From a virus: DNA of 64,000 nt. Positions 9,859 through 21,061 of the stretch are shown piece after piece. The notes below the pieces were generated by a model. That model searched no databases. It saw nothing but the letters and a program-made list of their open reading frames with translations, and had not been told where the DNA came from. Position 1 is the stretch's first letter. Each line of letters begins with the position of its first letter. The translations under genes and the position numbers were made by a program. Where the stretch lies: positions 2,806 to 66,805 of IMG/VR virus record IMGVR_UViG_3300049484_000260. One strand, written 5' to 3'.

Positions 9859-10166
9859 GCAACCCTCCGAAACCTATATATCAGCTCAACACGCTGCACC
9901 TCAACAGAGACGATCACTTCTACCACAGAGCCTGAACTGCTTCCAATAGATGATACAGATCGCCTCTCAAATTTACGATTCACACCATCAGGAATTATTA
10001 CCCCAAACACTACCAGTGTGGCGATGTTATTCTGATCTAAGTCGGGCCAGTGCATCCCGGATATGCTTTCTACTATCTCGCGTCCGCACTTCGTTAGCAC
10101 TACCCACGCTATCGAATGCAAGTCCTTGGATAGCACTGTGGTCGTTATTTGCGGTAGCTGGCTCAT
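9855..10166 (-). CDS. Hypothetical protein
   Basis: 103 aa; start uncertain because it overlaps 10027..10389. Confidence 0.35.
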   Translation of the reverse strand: MSQLPQITTTVLSKDLHSIAWVVLTKCGREIVESISGMHWPDLDQNNIATLVVFGVIIPDGVNRKFERRSVSSIGSSSGSVVEVIVSVEVQRVELIYRFRRVA

Positions 10167-10389
10167 TCTCTGATTTACGAATTGCAGTTAGAATTGATTG
10201 TATTGTTCTCCGCGTCTCATCTTTGTCGCAGACGAGAGTCCCGTCAAGTACACTCTCAAATTCTGTCAGAACCTTTCTAATATCTGATATATAGTCGTTC
10301 TGGAGGAAAGGAATTATTTTCAGTATCTCAGCAGGGAGGGAGGAGAGTCTGAGCACTCCCTTATAGTGTGGGTTATTGTGTGTTTTCAT
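10027..10389 (-). CDS. Hypothetical protein
   Basis: 120 aa; TGATG coupling to the upstream gene. Confidence 0.5.
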   Translation of the reverse strand: MKTHNNPHYKGVLRLSSLPAEILKIIPFLQNDYISDIRKVLTEFESVLDGTLVCDKDETRRTIQSILTAIRKSENEPATANNDHSAIQGLAFDSVGSANEVRTRDSRKHIRDALARLRSE

Positions 10390-13268
10390 CAGTTTAGTAG
10401 GAGAACGTCCCCGGTTGTCTCTCGAAGGGAGAGAGGATATGTCAGGGATTTAGGGGTCGTCCCAGACATGTTTGTAAGATCAAACAGTTGCACCTGTAGC
10501 CGCCCTTTTCCATAGTCATTTGAGAACTTTGACAATTTTGTAAGTTTCATTACATCACCATAACCGAGACGTGGGTTCGCCTCAAATTTTATCCCACACG
10601 TTCTACATGAAAATACGGCAACCGATCCATCTTCAGACACTGTTAGATTAGGAAATAATACATGCACGCCTCCAAAAGAAATTTGATATGGCTGATAAAA
10701 CTCTACATCGCTCTCGTACTGCACTATCTCTTGATAAGTAGCAATGTCAACTAAAAATTTCTGATTCTTTACCATTGCAAATAAATTGATCTTTGTATCT
10801 TTGTCAGGTTTAGCTGGGCCGAAGGTTATGTCTATTGTTCCTGTATAGTAGTCTATATGTGAGTCAGCTACTACTGTCTCATACCCATGAATTTGGTCAT
10901 GATCTTCTTTAAATTTCCCAGCTCCATTATCTATAAGGATTAGTTTCTGGGTATTGATGCGGAATTCAATAACTACAGAAATAGGTTGTATCATTCCTTG
11001 TAGCTGAAATGTGTATTCTTGTGTAGTGTTTGATTCGTACTCCCTGTCTTCAGGTGTATATCCAGTGGGGTCTCCAGATGAGAAGTCTGGGGGGGCAGCT
11101 TGTAGTTTCCAGCGAGCAATCATAACACCGGAAGGATTTATAATTGCGGCCCAGTATTCTATTTTAAGCCACCAATACAGCTCATTTACATCTATGGTCT
11201 TTCCATTACTACTGTAATCCCACTTTCTTAAAGTGGTGTTCAGCATCTTTGGCATCGTATATGTTATCGCAGTATATCCAGAGACAGTATAAAACACACT
11301 CCCTACCATCAATGATTGCCAAGGGTTGAGGTAAGCACTCTGTGAGTACCTTCTTGCTTCATCTACCTGACAATTTCCTATATACAGCCTGCAATTCCCG
11401 TGAGTATCTCCGTGCATCTCTGGCTCAACCTCCTCTGGAAGTAGGGTTGGAGTGGTGCGAAAGTAATCACGGTTCCCTGGGTTCGGGGATGGAGGGGGGA
11501 CTGCATCACCGTTACACCCCTCAAGCTCTACCCTGATATCTCTACGATAATCACCTAAGAATTCATTACGAATATCTCGCTGAATCCAGAATTTTGAGTA
11601 TTCGTATGGGTTATTTGGACGAATAAATCCTCCCATACATAATATGTCTGGGTAGTATTCATGCGGGTTGCTTGTGTCTATACCCTCACTTGCGTCACCA
11701 TTATAGTGCCAGTCATAAGAGAAATAATCCTTATCTTTATATCTCCATTCAAGACCAAGAAGAGAAAAATTACAATCGAAGCATGATCTAACTATTCCTG
11801 ATAAATCATTAGAAACTGAAGGTGCTGTGCATATCGCAGTTAGACCAGATTGAGAAGAAATGACCTCTAAAACCTGCTGATATATAGGATTACGCATTAC
11901 AGGAGGGTCGGTGTACAGTATTCTACTTTGTTGGTACTTCTCGGTAGTATCTGTCTCCTGAACAAGAACTATTGCGCATCCATACCATGTGTTGTTTGAC
12001 TCCTGATAAGCGTAACCAAAGCCTATTTGATAGAAGTAAACAGATGTAAGTGCATCATAATGTGCTTTACTTTCCTTCAGCGCATTCCACAGTGCATCAA
12101 TCACACCCTGTTCTGTCGTCCCTGCTGGGAGGTTTGTAACTGAAGCTAAGGTCTCAGTAATCCGTAGGAAGGGTATTCCTTCATCATTGACTCTGTCAGT
12201 TGAAGACTTCCCAGTGCCGGGGTCATCATGAGCTACGAACTTGAATTGAGCCATCCTATGCGCATATTTGTCACACACGGAAGAGAGAGCGTCGTTTAGT
12301 TTAAGTTTATGTATTGTGAGTTCGCAATAACGATCATAGTTCACCTGATCAAGAAATCGCTGTACCGGCTGGCCACTAAGAACTATTGTCCCGCAGGAAA
12401 TCTCCTTATCGAACCCCCATATCTTGCGTATCCCCCTTGCTCCTGCTGGGCCGTTATACGCAGGGTAGTCCCAGGTCAATGTGTCATACGATACCCAATC
12501 AACACCTTGTATTGACACATATAGCTCTTTTCTACTAAAGAATGCCGTATCATTATTTACACAACAACCACCAAGGTTAGCCCCAGCACCGTCACATTGG
12601 GAGAAATTATATCCATAATGGGAGAAATGGACAGAATCCATTGGTATTACGTGATCTACAGACTTCCCAAGCGTACTATCTATCATCGGCATAGAGCACC
12701 AGATATTGTATTCCCTGGGTACGCTATGCTTCCTCACTCCATCATCGTATGCCCACCTTGATGGGTTGCATGTAGAACGTAACCCCTGGACTGGAATGTG
12801 CTCAATATTCCCTATGGCATGTACGAGACATAGGGAATTCGGGTTTGAGCCGAGATACCGTACAAGTGATGTTGATATATTTTCATAGTTTGGCTTAATG
12901 AGGTAGTATCCGTCAGAATCAACTATGATATATCCATCCTCCGCAGCACAGTCTGTTTCTTTAGGAGTTACGGGGCTTACAGGGAAGCGAGTTACGGTGG
13001 CGGCCAGGGAAGTTCTTGGTGGGGGGTTATCAGTACCGAAATTTACACCGCTGGCCTGGGATGAGTTAGTTCCGCAAGTGATAGATGAGTTGTAGGGAAC
13101 CCCTCGACCCTTGCTCTCCCCTGCGTCAAGTCCTTCCTCCATTATAACACTCACACGCGACCCTGGCGTGGCCGCATTGGTGATTTGTAAGGAATTACCT
13201 TGACGGGTAAGAGCGAGTCCCATGCGAGAAGAGCTGGCAAGGACGATGTTCCGAGCGATGGTGCTCAC
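10389..13268 (-). CDS. Large tail-region protein containing a CAP (SCP) domain
   Basis: FLDQVNYDR...LKLNDALSSVCDKYAHRMAQFKFVAH...ETLA...LKESKAHYDAL...QIGFGYA matches the CAP consensus (~11960-12360). Confidence 0.7.
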   Translation of the reverse strand: MSTIARNIVLASSSRMGLALTRQGNSLQITNAATPGSRVSVIMEEGLDAGESKGRGVPYNSSITCGTNSSQASGVNFGTDNPPPRTSLAATVTRFPVSPVTPKETDCAAEDGYIIVDSDGYYLIKPNYENISTSLVRYLGSNPNSLCLVHAIGNIEHIPVQGLRSTCNPSRWAYDDGVRKHSVPREYNIWCSMPMIDSTLGKSVDHVIPMDSVHFSHYGYNFSQCDGAGANLGGCCVNNDTAFFSRKELYVSIQGVDWVSYDTLTWDYPAYNGPAGARGIRKIWGFDKEISCGTIVLSGQPVQRFLDQVNYDRYCELTIHKLKLNDALSSVCDKYAHRMAQFKFVAHDDPGTGKSSTDRVNDEGIPFLRITETLASVTNLPAGTTEQGVIDALWNALKESKAHYDALTSVYFYQIGFGYAYQESNNTWYGCAIVLVQETDTTEKYQQSRILYTDPPVMRNPIYQQVLEVISSQSGLTAICTAPSVSNDLSGIVRSCFDCNFSLLGLEWRYKDKDYFSYDWHYNGDASEGIDTSNPHEYYPDILCMGGFIRPNNPYEYSKFWIQRDIRNEFLGDYRRDIRVELEGCNGDAVPPPSPNPGNRDYFRTTPTLLPEEVEPEMHGDTHGNCRLYIGNCQVDEARRYSQSAYLNPWQSLMVGSVFYTVSGYTAITYTMPKMLNTTLRKWDYSSNGKTIDVNELYWWLKIEYWAAIINPSGVMIARWKLQAAPPDFSSGDPTGYTPEDREYESNTTQEYTFQLQGMIQPISVVIEFRINTQKLILIDNGAGKFKEDHDQIHGYETVVADSHIDYYTGTIDITFGPAKPDKDTKINLFAMVKNQKFLVDIATYQEIVQYESDVEFYQPYQISFGGVHVLFPNLTVSEDGSVAVFSCRTCGIKFEANPRLGYGDVMKLTKLSKFSNDYGKGRLQVQLFDLTNMSGTTPKSLTYPLSLRETTGDVLLLN

Positions 13269-13519
13269 CGAGTCACCTTCTGAGAGCCTGAATTTATCGT
13301 ATATATAGCTGCACCCTTCTTTATCTTGGTAGGAGCTACTTTATCTGATGTCAGTAAGAGAGAAATTCTTCCACGTGATCCTCGTACCAAACCAGCTCCA
13401 TGTTGCGGACTAATGCTCGTGATGGTAGATGTTCTTCGCATACTACACCAATTGACAGAGGGCGATTGCAATATTGGGGGGGTTATCGCTATCCCACGAC
13501 ATGGAAATACCGGAAACAC
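13265..13519 (-). CDS. Small hypothetical protein
   Basis: Fills the gap between tail genes; start uncertain. Confidence 0.4.
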   Translation of the reverse strand: MFPVFPCRGIAITPPILQSPSVNWCSMRRTSTITSISPQHGAGLVRGSRGRISLLLTSDKVAPTKIKKGAAIYTINSGSQKVTR

Positions 13520-15431
13520 AGAACGGCCTAACGGCCATAGCTTCCTTTAACATTGAGAAGTTTTGTTCTTCTTTGGACATATTTACGGGATTAACTACTG
13601 TAGGTACATTAGGCTCTTCTGAAAATACAAACGATATAAGCCCACCTAACGCCTCCCTTACATCTATATGATGTGATGAGAATGACGCATAGTACGAGGC
13701 ATCCGCCTCCAATATAAAGTTTCCCTTAATGAAATGCTCAAGCTCTTCAAGGTTGAGAAATTCAACTGTAGTATAGATAGTTCCAAATGAGTCAACCCCT
13801 ATATTTTCATGGATTAGCTTGTTACGTAATGCAGTAGTCCCCTCTGATGACGACAGAACAGATGTAGGTTTAGGGCCAGATACTTCGCCTGACACTACCT
13901 GTGCTGTAACATCAGTAACTGATGTTTCAATAAGAGTTTCATTAGAAACCGTACCGTTATATTTAGATGATACAGAGTATTCTACTTCAGATGCTAATTG
14001 AGGGGATATTTTTGTTATAGTTTTAAATGAGTCAGTAACCTCTATCTGAGTACCCTTATAAACCTCCTTTCTTGATCTCTCTCCGGTCAATATCCCGTCA
14101 GTATTGTATGAGTAGGTGTTGACTGTTCGTGTAGTGACTGTATCTCCTTCTACTTCTGGAGCGGGTGTTGAATATAAATCATCGCCTATCCTATAATACC
14201 CGCTGCTGGCTGATGTCTCTTTTGATATAGTCTCTTTCTTCAGTAGCTGTATTCCGTCGGTAGTAAGCAGAAAGTCTGGATGATTATCAGCACTAATTCG
14301 AGAGGAGCCAAGATCACGCGAAACTTGCTGGCGTGTCCCTGGTATAGAGTCAGGGAAGAGTGAGTTGGTAGGGAGTGATGATAAATATCCAGACTCAAAT
14401 GAGTCATAAGGAGGGCCGCATATATAAGTATATTCAGTCTTAGTGGTAACATTGGTGGACTTACCATGAATAAAATGTAGTGTCTCTGTATCATTAGAGC
14501 CGTTAGTTCCCCCCCAGTGCCATTCAATGTCACGAACCGTCCTCTGGCTTATAGTAACGTCTTCATATTGTGACAACATAAGACCGCCAAGAGATAATGA
14601 GTCTCCACTAAGACTTGCCATTATTTCTGTAGCATCTCCGTCAGATTCGTCAATAGTTGATGATGTTTCGTAGTTATATGGTTCGTTTTTTATAGCGTAT
14701 TCTTTAGAATGCTCAATGCTTCTGAATAAAGCAGTCTCTGATTCCTCTATGAATAATTTTTTATATGGTGTTATGAAAACCCTGCGAACTGATAGGTCGA
14801 ATGGGTGTATCGCATCAATACTAACCTTTGATGGAGGGGAGTTAGTATTGGGAGCTGTGATAACTATTTCACCTGAAAATATATTAACATAATAAGAAAG
14901 AGACTGTCCCCATAAATTAGATGGGGTAAACTTTCCAAGAAGTTCTGCAAGTTGCTCCAGTATAGAACCATTGAGAACGAGAGCAGGTGACGCTTCTGTG
15001 ACCACTGGCTTGTCTAACAGATAATCAGCATCTATTTTAACACGCCACCCGGTAGAGTTGAATAAGCCCAGAACAGCGTCCCTAAAAGAATTCCCTCGAA
15101 TAAATCGTGTCTCCTCCACCTCATTCCCAGCATCATTGACAACTGACATGGAAGGAGCTATGACCGAAGGAAGAGCTGGTTTAGAGATATGGAGCACAGA
15201 GTATGGCACTCCTTTCATGGAGATTGAGGTTTCGTTTTTTACTGTACTCTCCTCAACCCACAGAGGAATCTCTACATATTCGTACCTGTTGTCCCCGACC
15301 TTCGTTAGAGGGACTTCTACACTCAGTCTCCTCGTACCTTGAGACACTTGGGTGTAATCTATCACACCATCCCACATAGGGACAGCATTGGGGGTTATCT
15401 GGAGGTTAAATGTCGAATATTTGGCAATCAT
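13443..15431 (-). CDS. Tail/baseplate hub-like protein
   Basis: 662 aa, Ser/Thr-rich beta strands (TYSYNTDGILTGE); position in tail module. Confidence 0.55.
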   Translation of the reverse strand: MIAKYSTFNLQITPNAVPMWDGVIDYTQVSQGTRRLSVEVPLTKVGDNRYEYVEIPLWVEESTVKNETSISMKGVPYSVLHISKPALPSVIAPSMSVVNDAGNEVEETRFIRGNSFRDAVLGLFNSTGWRVKIDADYLLDKPVVTEASPALVLNGSILEQLAELLGKFTPSNLWGQSLSYYVNIFSGEIVITAPNTNSPPSKVSIDAIHPFDLSVRRVFITPYKKLFIEESETALFRSIEHSKEYAIKNEPYNYETSSTIDESDGDATEIMASLSGDSLSLGGLMLSQYEDVTISQRTVRDIEWHWGGTNGSNDTETLHFIHGKSTNVTTKTEYTYICGPPYDSFESGYLSSLPTNSLFPDSIPGTRQQVSRDLGSSRISADNHPDFLLTTDGIQLLKKETISKETSASSGYYRIGDDLYSTPAPEVEGDTVTTRTVNTYSYNTDGILTGERSRKEVYKGTQIEVTDSFKTITKISPQLASEVEYSVSSKYNGTVSNETLIETSVTDVTAQVVSGEVSGPKPTSVLSSSEGTTALRNKLIHENIGVDSFGTIYTTVEFLNLEELEHFIKGNFILEADASYYASFSSHHIDVREALGGLISFVFSEEPNVPTVVNPVNMSKEEQNFSMLKEAMAVRPFCVSGISMSWDSDNPPNIAIALCQLV

Positions 15432-18400
15432 AGTGGAAAGACGCTCGGCCCCCCGGACGTGACACCGATCCGTGTTCTCGGCTTCGCCGACCCTACGGAT
15501 TCGACAGCCACAGGATTACCGCTGACCCAATGGTATTCTACTTTTCTCACATACTGCCCATACCCTGGTTGAGGCGCGCTTGGGTATAAGGTATCTGGAC
15601 TCCATGAAAACATCACATCTCTTCTATACTCTGTAAACCATGCAGTCTCTTCAAATGGCTGATAGGCGGTCTCGCTTTTGATGGGGGTAAGTGTGCGCTC
15701 GTCAAGCACGGTTATAGATGTTACACGACCATCCCCGTATCTGTTGAATTTCTCCCCTTTAATCCTGCGGGTAACATGTTCAAAAGATGATACGAACGCC
15801 CCTGATGCAGTGTTCGTGTACGCGATAACAGACCATTTTCCACGCTGATAGTGATCTTTCACTATCGCGATGGCTGAAGGGATTTCTGTGAATCCAGTAC
15901 CGTCGAGTCTGACCGCCATACCAAGGCAGGAACCCGCTCGTGATTTATGCACACCTGACCAATTAACCCACACGTGTGTATCAGTCACCTCTTGAATTAA
16001 GATGTCACCAACTGAATGCCCAGCCCACGGTATTTCATATAGTAATCTACCAGATGACGAAGCCACGGATGCTGCCGTATATATCTTGATAGACTCATAC
16101 ATAAATCCATACTTGTCATCCTCGTACCCATGAGATATTGGAGTTCCTATACCTCTCTTTGCATGAAACTGCGCCCAGTTGTTTTTTATTTCGGCTTTCT
16201 TTTGCGTCAGAAAGTAAAAAACTCCTCCTCTCTCAGTCACATGCAGGAGAGTCTCATTTTCTGGAATAATTGATGGTATTGATATTCTTCTAAGAAATGT
16301 TAAGTCATAATCATATTCAAGGATGTCTCTGACTTCGTATGTATTACGCTTTTGCTCATACCTAACCATATTATCATGATTAGCTACATGATATAAGATA
16401 TTATCCCCTCCAGATAAGCCGTCCCAACTATATGACTCATCAGAGAAGAAATTAGTCATGGTCATCATATACTGATAATGATTCTTAGGGGAATAGTCTG
16501 CGGTATTTAATGGCATAACCCCTGAATCGCTCGGCACCCAACCTCTTAACACCGGTAGAGGTAGTTCTTCATATTCGTTAGGATACCCTGTGTTTTGGAT
16601 ATAGTTAAGTCTATCTCCGAACTCACTTATATATGGATTGAGAGCGTCATAGATTCCCCCTGTTAAGTACCTATAAGAGGCTGGCTCAATGTGAGGGTGT
16701 AGAGATGTAGGCTCTACGGGAGGGTACTTCATTAGAAATGCAGTGTATCCATACGATGCGTCAGGTCTCCGCACCCACGGGGATGATGCGTTTTGAAAAT
16801 ATGCCTGAACGCTGGTATGGAAGTAGTCAGGTCTCCCTAATGCCCTGATGACATACAGTCTCTCTCTGGTCTGTGAATTACCAAAATACCTACAGGTGAT
16901 TACCTTGTCATACTCTGCTGAGGTATTGACCTCAACGTACCCAGGGATTATTACAGATTTTATAGGAGGTGAATTAGGTTTTGAATACTTATGAAGAACA
17001 CCGCCGATGGGGAAGTTCACACACGCCCCCTTATTTCTCTGAAGACTCGATCCTAAGCTCTCAACGAAATCTTCAGACAAAACATTTCCTATGTTATTGG
17101 GGTGCCGAGTTCCAAACGTAGTCCCGACAAATCCAAGATCGGCTCCCTGTAATAGGATAGATGGGCTGCCATTGGGGCCGTCCTGTGTCCATTTACCGCT
17201 CATCCAGCTACGGCCTTCTGGATGACGGAACAGACCAAAAAGTGCATCATTCACATTGTCCGCGATATACTGCACGGGATGAGGGATCATGTCACTTTCA
17301 TAGGGGCGGAATGTTGCATCGTGCTGACCGTCGCTTCGATTAAATCGTAGCGATGGTAGAATGTACGGCAATTTAGGAAGCCAGCATTGTTCTGGTGTGC
17401 AATATAGTTTATCACCAAAAAACTTCTTATAGTTGTCATCAGGTGTGATGTAAGTCCCGCCAGTTTTTAACGGGTATGACATTCCAGTGCCGTCGGGGTA
17501 TCCTATCCCTAATTCCCAGAATCGCACACCATAAGGATATGTCCCAGACTGACCTGTGGGGTGTGACATGTAGTAGTCTGGACGTTCATTAAAATCGAGA
17601 GACTCTATTAAGGATGTATTAGTTATTATGCTAATAGACACAGTATATCCGAGAGATGACGCTACAGGAGCACCCTTCACAAATGCAGATGAGTCTGCGA
17701 CAGGACACCCTTTAACCAAATTAGATACAGTAGCTACCGGTAAACCTATAATAACCTCAGACCTCATAAAGTCTGTAACATTAAGATCACCTATGACGAA
17801 CCGGTACGAGTCCTCATGCTCTGCTTCAGGTGATCCCTTTACAATAAATTTACTCTCATTTAGTGAGACGCACAAAAATGACTGATATCCAGAATCAATA
17901 TAGAATTCACTCTCTTTATTAAGTGATGAGTCTAAAACAGATATCCTATGGTGTGGCTTTACAGGGGTCTTGTACGCAGGGAAAAGTCCTAACCGTACCC
18001 CTTCTGCATAATTATAAGAATCAAATGAGTATCTGGTGAATGGGAATTTTGAAGATGATTCAGATGGATGGTGATAGGGAGCATCGACCTGAATTGAGGT
18101 CATAAAATCAGAGAACCATACTATCCTATCTCCAACGAGATGAAAAAGACCGTTATATTCATTCTCTCCAGCTCTTAGATGACTTAGACCATTAACGCGA
18201 GCCTTATAGTCGGAAGATATAGACATCTCCCTAATGTTTACAGTATCTAAATACGACCAAGGTTGGGTTACTGATCGATACTTATCATCATCTCCACCAT
18301 CATTTACCGAACTAAATGTAAACAACCCTGGGAATGGATTAGACGTTAATTGGATATAGCTAAATGGTCTTGAAAAGTAGTGTTCATTCCATGTTAATTT

Positions 18401-20047
18401 GTAATTAGGCGGTATCATCGGTTTAGATGATTTAAATGAAAGGTCTAAGTTCAGTACGAAGAATGTTGCATACTTGTGGAAGTAATCATACTTGAATTCA
18501 GGGTACGTGCTTATAGTCTCGAATGAGCCATTATAACCTTCGAGCATATTCCGCATAATCCCTGCACTGTTTGTTTTATGATAGAAGTCAAGCATAACAA
18601 TACCGATATTATCATTAGCTTTAACTCCAGCTGCCCCAGAAGCGAATACACATACGGTGTCAGATACTGGGGTGAATGACTCAGTGCTCAACTCTACAAA
18701 CAGGGTTCGTGACGACCTCCTATCTATTGTGTTTTCTTCTTTAGTAGGGTTCTCGGATGGCCATGCTCCTCTATATTTAACGGTACCGAAATACAATTTA
18801 GTTTCTGTAGCTACGAGGTGAGGAGCTGTCACCTGTCTGGTGTTAATGATACGCTCTGCGTTTCTTGGTATATGATCTATAGCGTCAAACGCAATATGCT
18901 GTATAGGCACATAGAACGTATCATCAAGTGTAAACCCTTCTATTTCAGATTTTAGTTTATGAAGCGGGTGACCATAATAATATGGAATAGTTTCATGGAA
19001 TGGGAGTTCATGTTCAGCATCACTAACGCGAATAGGCCATAAGTGCTTAGTAAGAATATTTACATCTGTTTCTATATTATAGAACTCAGGGAACATGTTA
19101 CGGTCGTCAGCTTGTAACGAGACATCTGCGCTCTTATACCCCACTTTCCTAAGCTCTATCCTTATCTCTTTAGCTACAGGCTCTCCTTTTATAAAATCAT
19201 CCGTTACAGCTTGCAACTTCCCGATAACATACGATGCAGGGGGGTACTGAATAGATACTGAAGGTAGGCCGATAACGAAAACATCATTTAATGTCTGGGC
19301 TACTGGATCGCCCTTCATATATGCTGAGGATACCGCCACTGGTTCCCCATGCAATGTCTCATAAAGTCGGCTGTACACAATAGACGAGTCCGATATTAGC
19401 CTCTTTTGAAAAGAAAACTTATTACCGCCATTAAATGAAGCTGACTCCCATTTAAGTAAGAAGTAGTGCGTATTGGATGCGGTAATAGTTATCACATCAT
19501 AGAACTCGCCCACACTTATAATCTTTCTGAACAGTATGTCACCTGTACTACTTAATACCCGCACAAGCCCTTGTACAGGATCAATTATAATAACCTTAGA
19601 GCAGTCTGGGGTGGTGGCATGTAAGGAGTTACCGGTTACAGGCCCGGAGTGAGATGCTCCGGTCATGCCTCTGGAATCCTTTACCTTGTCGAGCGGTAGT
19701 TTATCCTCACCATAGTTCATGTCCTTTTTAAACTGCCACTGGAATCCCTGATACATCTCAGCTTCATACAAATCCATTCCAGAGAAATGGGTGTGACACA
19801 GAAAATTCAGCTTAGATGTTCCGCTAACCCACTTATCTTCTGTAGATTGAGCTACAGGAAGACCTTTAGTGATATACGATGTGTAGAACGTAGGTTCACC
19901 GACTACGTACTCACGTAAGGTATCTATGGCTTTAGGGTTCCCATGAACGATTTCAGTAAGGAAACCCTGCCACACCTCCAGAGAACCTCTTACGTATTCA
20001 CGTAGTGTAGCTTCGGCCTCTGCTGACTGAAATAATATCAGACCCAT
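15428..20047 (-). CDS. Large tail tip/host-interaction protein with repeated GxPVA motifs
   Basis: 1539 aa; recurring KGLPVA, HGEPVA, KGDPVA, KGEPVA, IGLPVA, KGCPVA, KGAPVA, SGNPVA. Confidence 0.6.
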   Translation of the reverse strand: MGLILFQSAEAEATLREYVRGSLEVWQGFLTEIVHGNPKAIDTLREYVVGEPTFYTSYITKGLPVAQSTEDKWVSGTSKLNFLCHTHFSGMDLYEAEMYQGFQWQFKKDMNYGEDKLPLDKVKDSRGMTGASHSGPVTGNSLHATTPDCSKVIIIDPVQGLVRVLSSTGDILFRKIISVGEFYDVITITASNTHYFLLKWESASFNGGNKFSFQKRLISDSSIVYSRLYETLHGEPVAVSSAYMKGDPVAQTLNDVFVIGLPSVSIQYPPASYVIGKLQAVTDDFIKGEPVAKEIRIELRKVGYKSADVSLQADDRNMFPEFYNIETDVNILTKHLWPIRVSDAEHELPFHETIPYYYGHPLHKLKSEIEGFTLDDTFYVPIQHIAFDAIDHIPRNAERIINTRQVTAPHLVATETKLYFGTVKYRGAWPSENPTKEENTIDRRSSRTLFVELSTESFTPVSDTVCVFASGAAGVKANDNIGIVMLDFYHKTNSAGIMRNMLEGYNGSFETISTYPEFKYDYFHKYATFFVLNLDLSFKSSKPMIPPNYKLTWNEHYFSRPFSYIQLTSNPFPGLFTFSSVNDGGDDDKYRSVTQPWSYLDTVNIREMSISSDYKARVNGLSHLRAGENEYNGLFHLVGDRIVWFSDFMTSIQVDAPYHHPSESSSKFPFTRYSFDSYNYAEGVRLGLFPAYKTPVKPHHRISVLDSSLNKESEFYIDSGYQSFLCVSLNESKFIVKGSPEAEHEDSYRFVIGDLNVTDFMRSEVIIGLPVATVSNLVKGCPVADSSAFVKGAPVASSLGYTVSISIITNTSLIESLDFNERPDYYMSHPTGQSGTYPYGVRFWELGIGYPDGTGMSYPLKTGGTYITPDDNYKKFFGDKLYCTPEQCWLPKLPYILPSLRFNRSDGQHDATFRPYESDMIPHPVQYIADNVNDALFGLFRHPEGRSWMSGKWTQDGPNGSPSILLQGADLGFVGTTFGTRHPNNIGNVLSEDFVESLGSSLQRNKGACVNFPIGGVLHKYSKPNSPPIKSVIIPGYVEVNTSAEYDKVITCRYFGNSQTRERLYVIRALGRPDYFHTSVQAYFQNASSPWVRRPDASYGYTAFLMKYPPVEPTSLHPHIEPASYRYLTGGIYDALNPYISEFGDRLNYIQNTGYPNEYEELPLPVLRGWVPSDSGVMPLNTADYSPKNHYQYMMTMTNFFSDESYSWDGLSGGDNILYHVANHDNMVRYEQKRNTYEVRDILEYDYDLTFLRRISIPSIIPENETLLHVTERGGVFYFLTQKKAEIKNNWAQFHAKRGIGTPISHGYEDDKYGFMYESIKIYTAASVASSSGRLLYEIPWAGHSVGDILIQEVTDTHVWVNWSGVHKSRAGSCLGMAVRLDGTGFTEIPSAIAIVKDHYQRGKWSVIAYTNTASGAFVSSFEHVTRRIKGEKFNRYGDGRVTSITVLDERTLTPIKSETAYQPFEETAWFTEYRRDVMFSWSPDTLYPSAPQPGYGQYVRKVEYHWVSGNPVAVESVGSAKPRTRIGVTSGGPSVFPL

Positions 20048-20048
20048 A

Positions 20049-20672
20049 TCACGGGTTCAGCAACCACAGTTCTGGAGGATCATAGATTCCTGCCGCTGGT
20101 CTGTGGAACGTAAGTGTAGATAAACTACCACCTGCGTCAGTGTACTTTATGATAATTCCGTTGATTCCTACAGCGAAAGGAACCCACACGGGCACTGACT
20201 CAGTGCCTCCGTCGGACGCAGAGTTCATCTCCCATGTGAGGATGGGTGCGGCACCGCTGTAGTTGATGTCCGCAAGCAGGACGAAACCCAGAGAATCGGT
20301 AAGGGGGAGGTCGAACGGAGCGGCGAGGTTGAGGTTGAAGCGTACTGCACCGCCAGCCAGCGGGGCGGTGCTGGACAGGTTGACGTAGCTGACATCCCCT
20401 TTGAGTAGGTTCGCTGTGGCCCCGCCACTGGTTGCCACCGACGGCTTCCACCCGGAGGATGGGGCTGCGTCGGTAGTAGCTACCGCACTGAGCATTGATT
20501 TCAGCCCATTCCCGGCGGTACCCGTAAGTAACCGTCCGCCTACTGAATTCAGGTCTGGATTGTCGAAGCACTTCAGACGGGGAGGAGCCGATAATGCTTC
20601 TGAGAACGTTATTCTTAACACATTACGGGCAGTTGAGTTTGTCCCTGACCCATAAACCTTTCTCGCTTCCAT
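20049..20672 (-). CDS. Putative structural (tail) protein
   Basis: 207 aa; GC-rich codons like major virion genes; downstream of tape measure. Confidence 0.55.
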   Translation of the reverse strand: MEARKVYGSGTNSTARNVLRITFSEALSAPPRLKCFDNPDLNSVGGRLLTGTAGNGLKSMLSAVATTDAAPSSGWKPSVATSGGATANLLKGDVSYVNLSSTAPLAGGAVRFNLNLAAPFDLPLTDSLGFVLLADINYSGAAPILTWEMNSASDGGTESVPVWVPFAVGINGIIIKYTDAGGSLSTLTFHRPAAGIYDPPELWLLNP

Positions 20673-20674
20673 AT

Positions 20675-21058
20675 CTACCCTATGTTGAGGTACGTTATCT
20701 GTCCTGTATATATATCATCACCAAACGACAAGTCTTTTGTGTGAGACACCGATAAGAGTATTCCTTTAAATACCTCAGTCCCGTTCAATGTCATAGATAT
20801 TGAAGGAACTTGAGCTGTATTAAGCAATTCACTTAGTGCTGAAAACGTAGATGGTATAGCTGAAAACTTTAAAGAGTTTGTTCTAAACTTACTAACTCTT
20901 CTCCCTTGAGTTATTATATATGGGTCTCCGTAAATAGGGGTCACTACTGATGCTGAAATCTCTCCAGTAGCTCTCTCAATTATATCACCATCTATAAGCT
21001 CAATAGGGCCTCCTGGTGAAAGCATAATACCTGAAGATGGTACTACAGATAAACCCAT
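20675..21058 (-). CDS. Distal tail protein candidate
   Basis: 127 aa immediately after tape measure (synteny only). Confidence 0.45.
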   Translation of the reverse strand: MGLSVVPSSGIMLSPGGPIELIDGDIIERATGEISASVVTPIYGDPYIITQGRRVSKFRTNSLKFSAIPSTFSALSELLNTAQVPSISMTLNGTEVFKGILLSVSHTKDLSFGDDIYTGQITYLNIG

Positions 21059-21061
21059 TTG

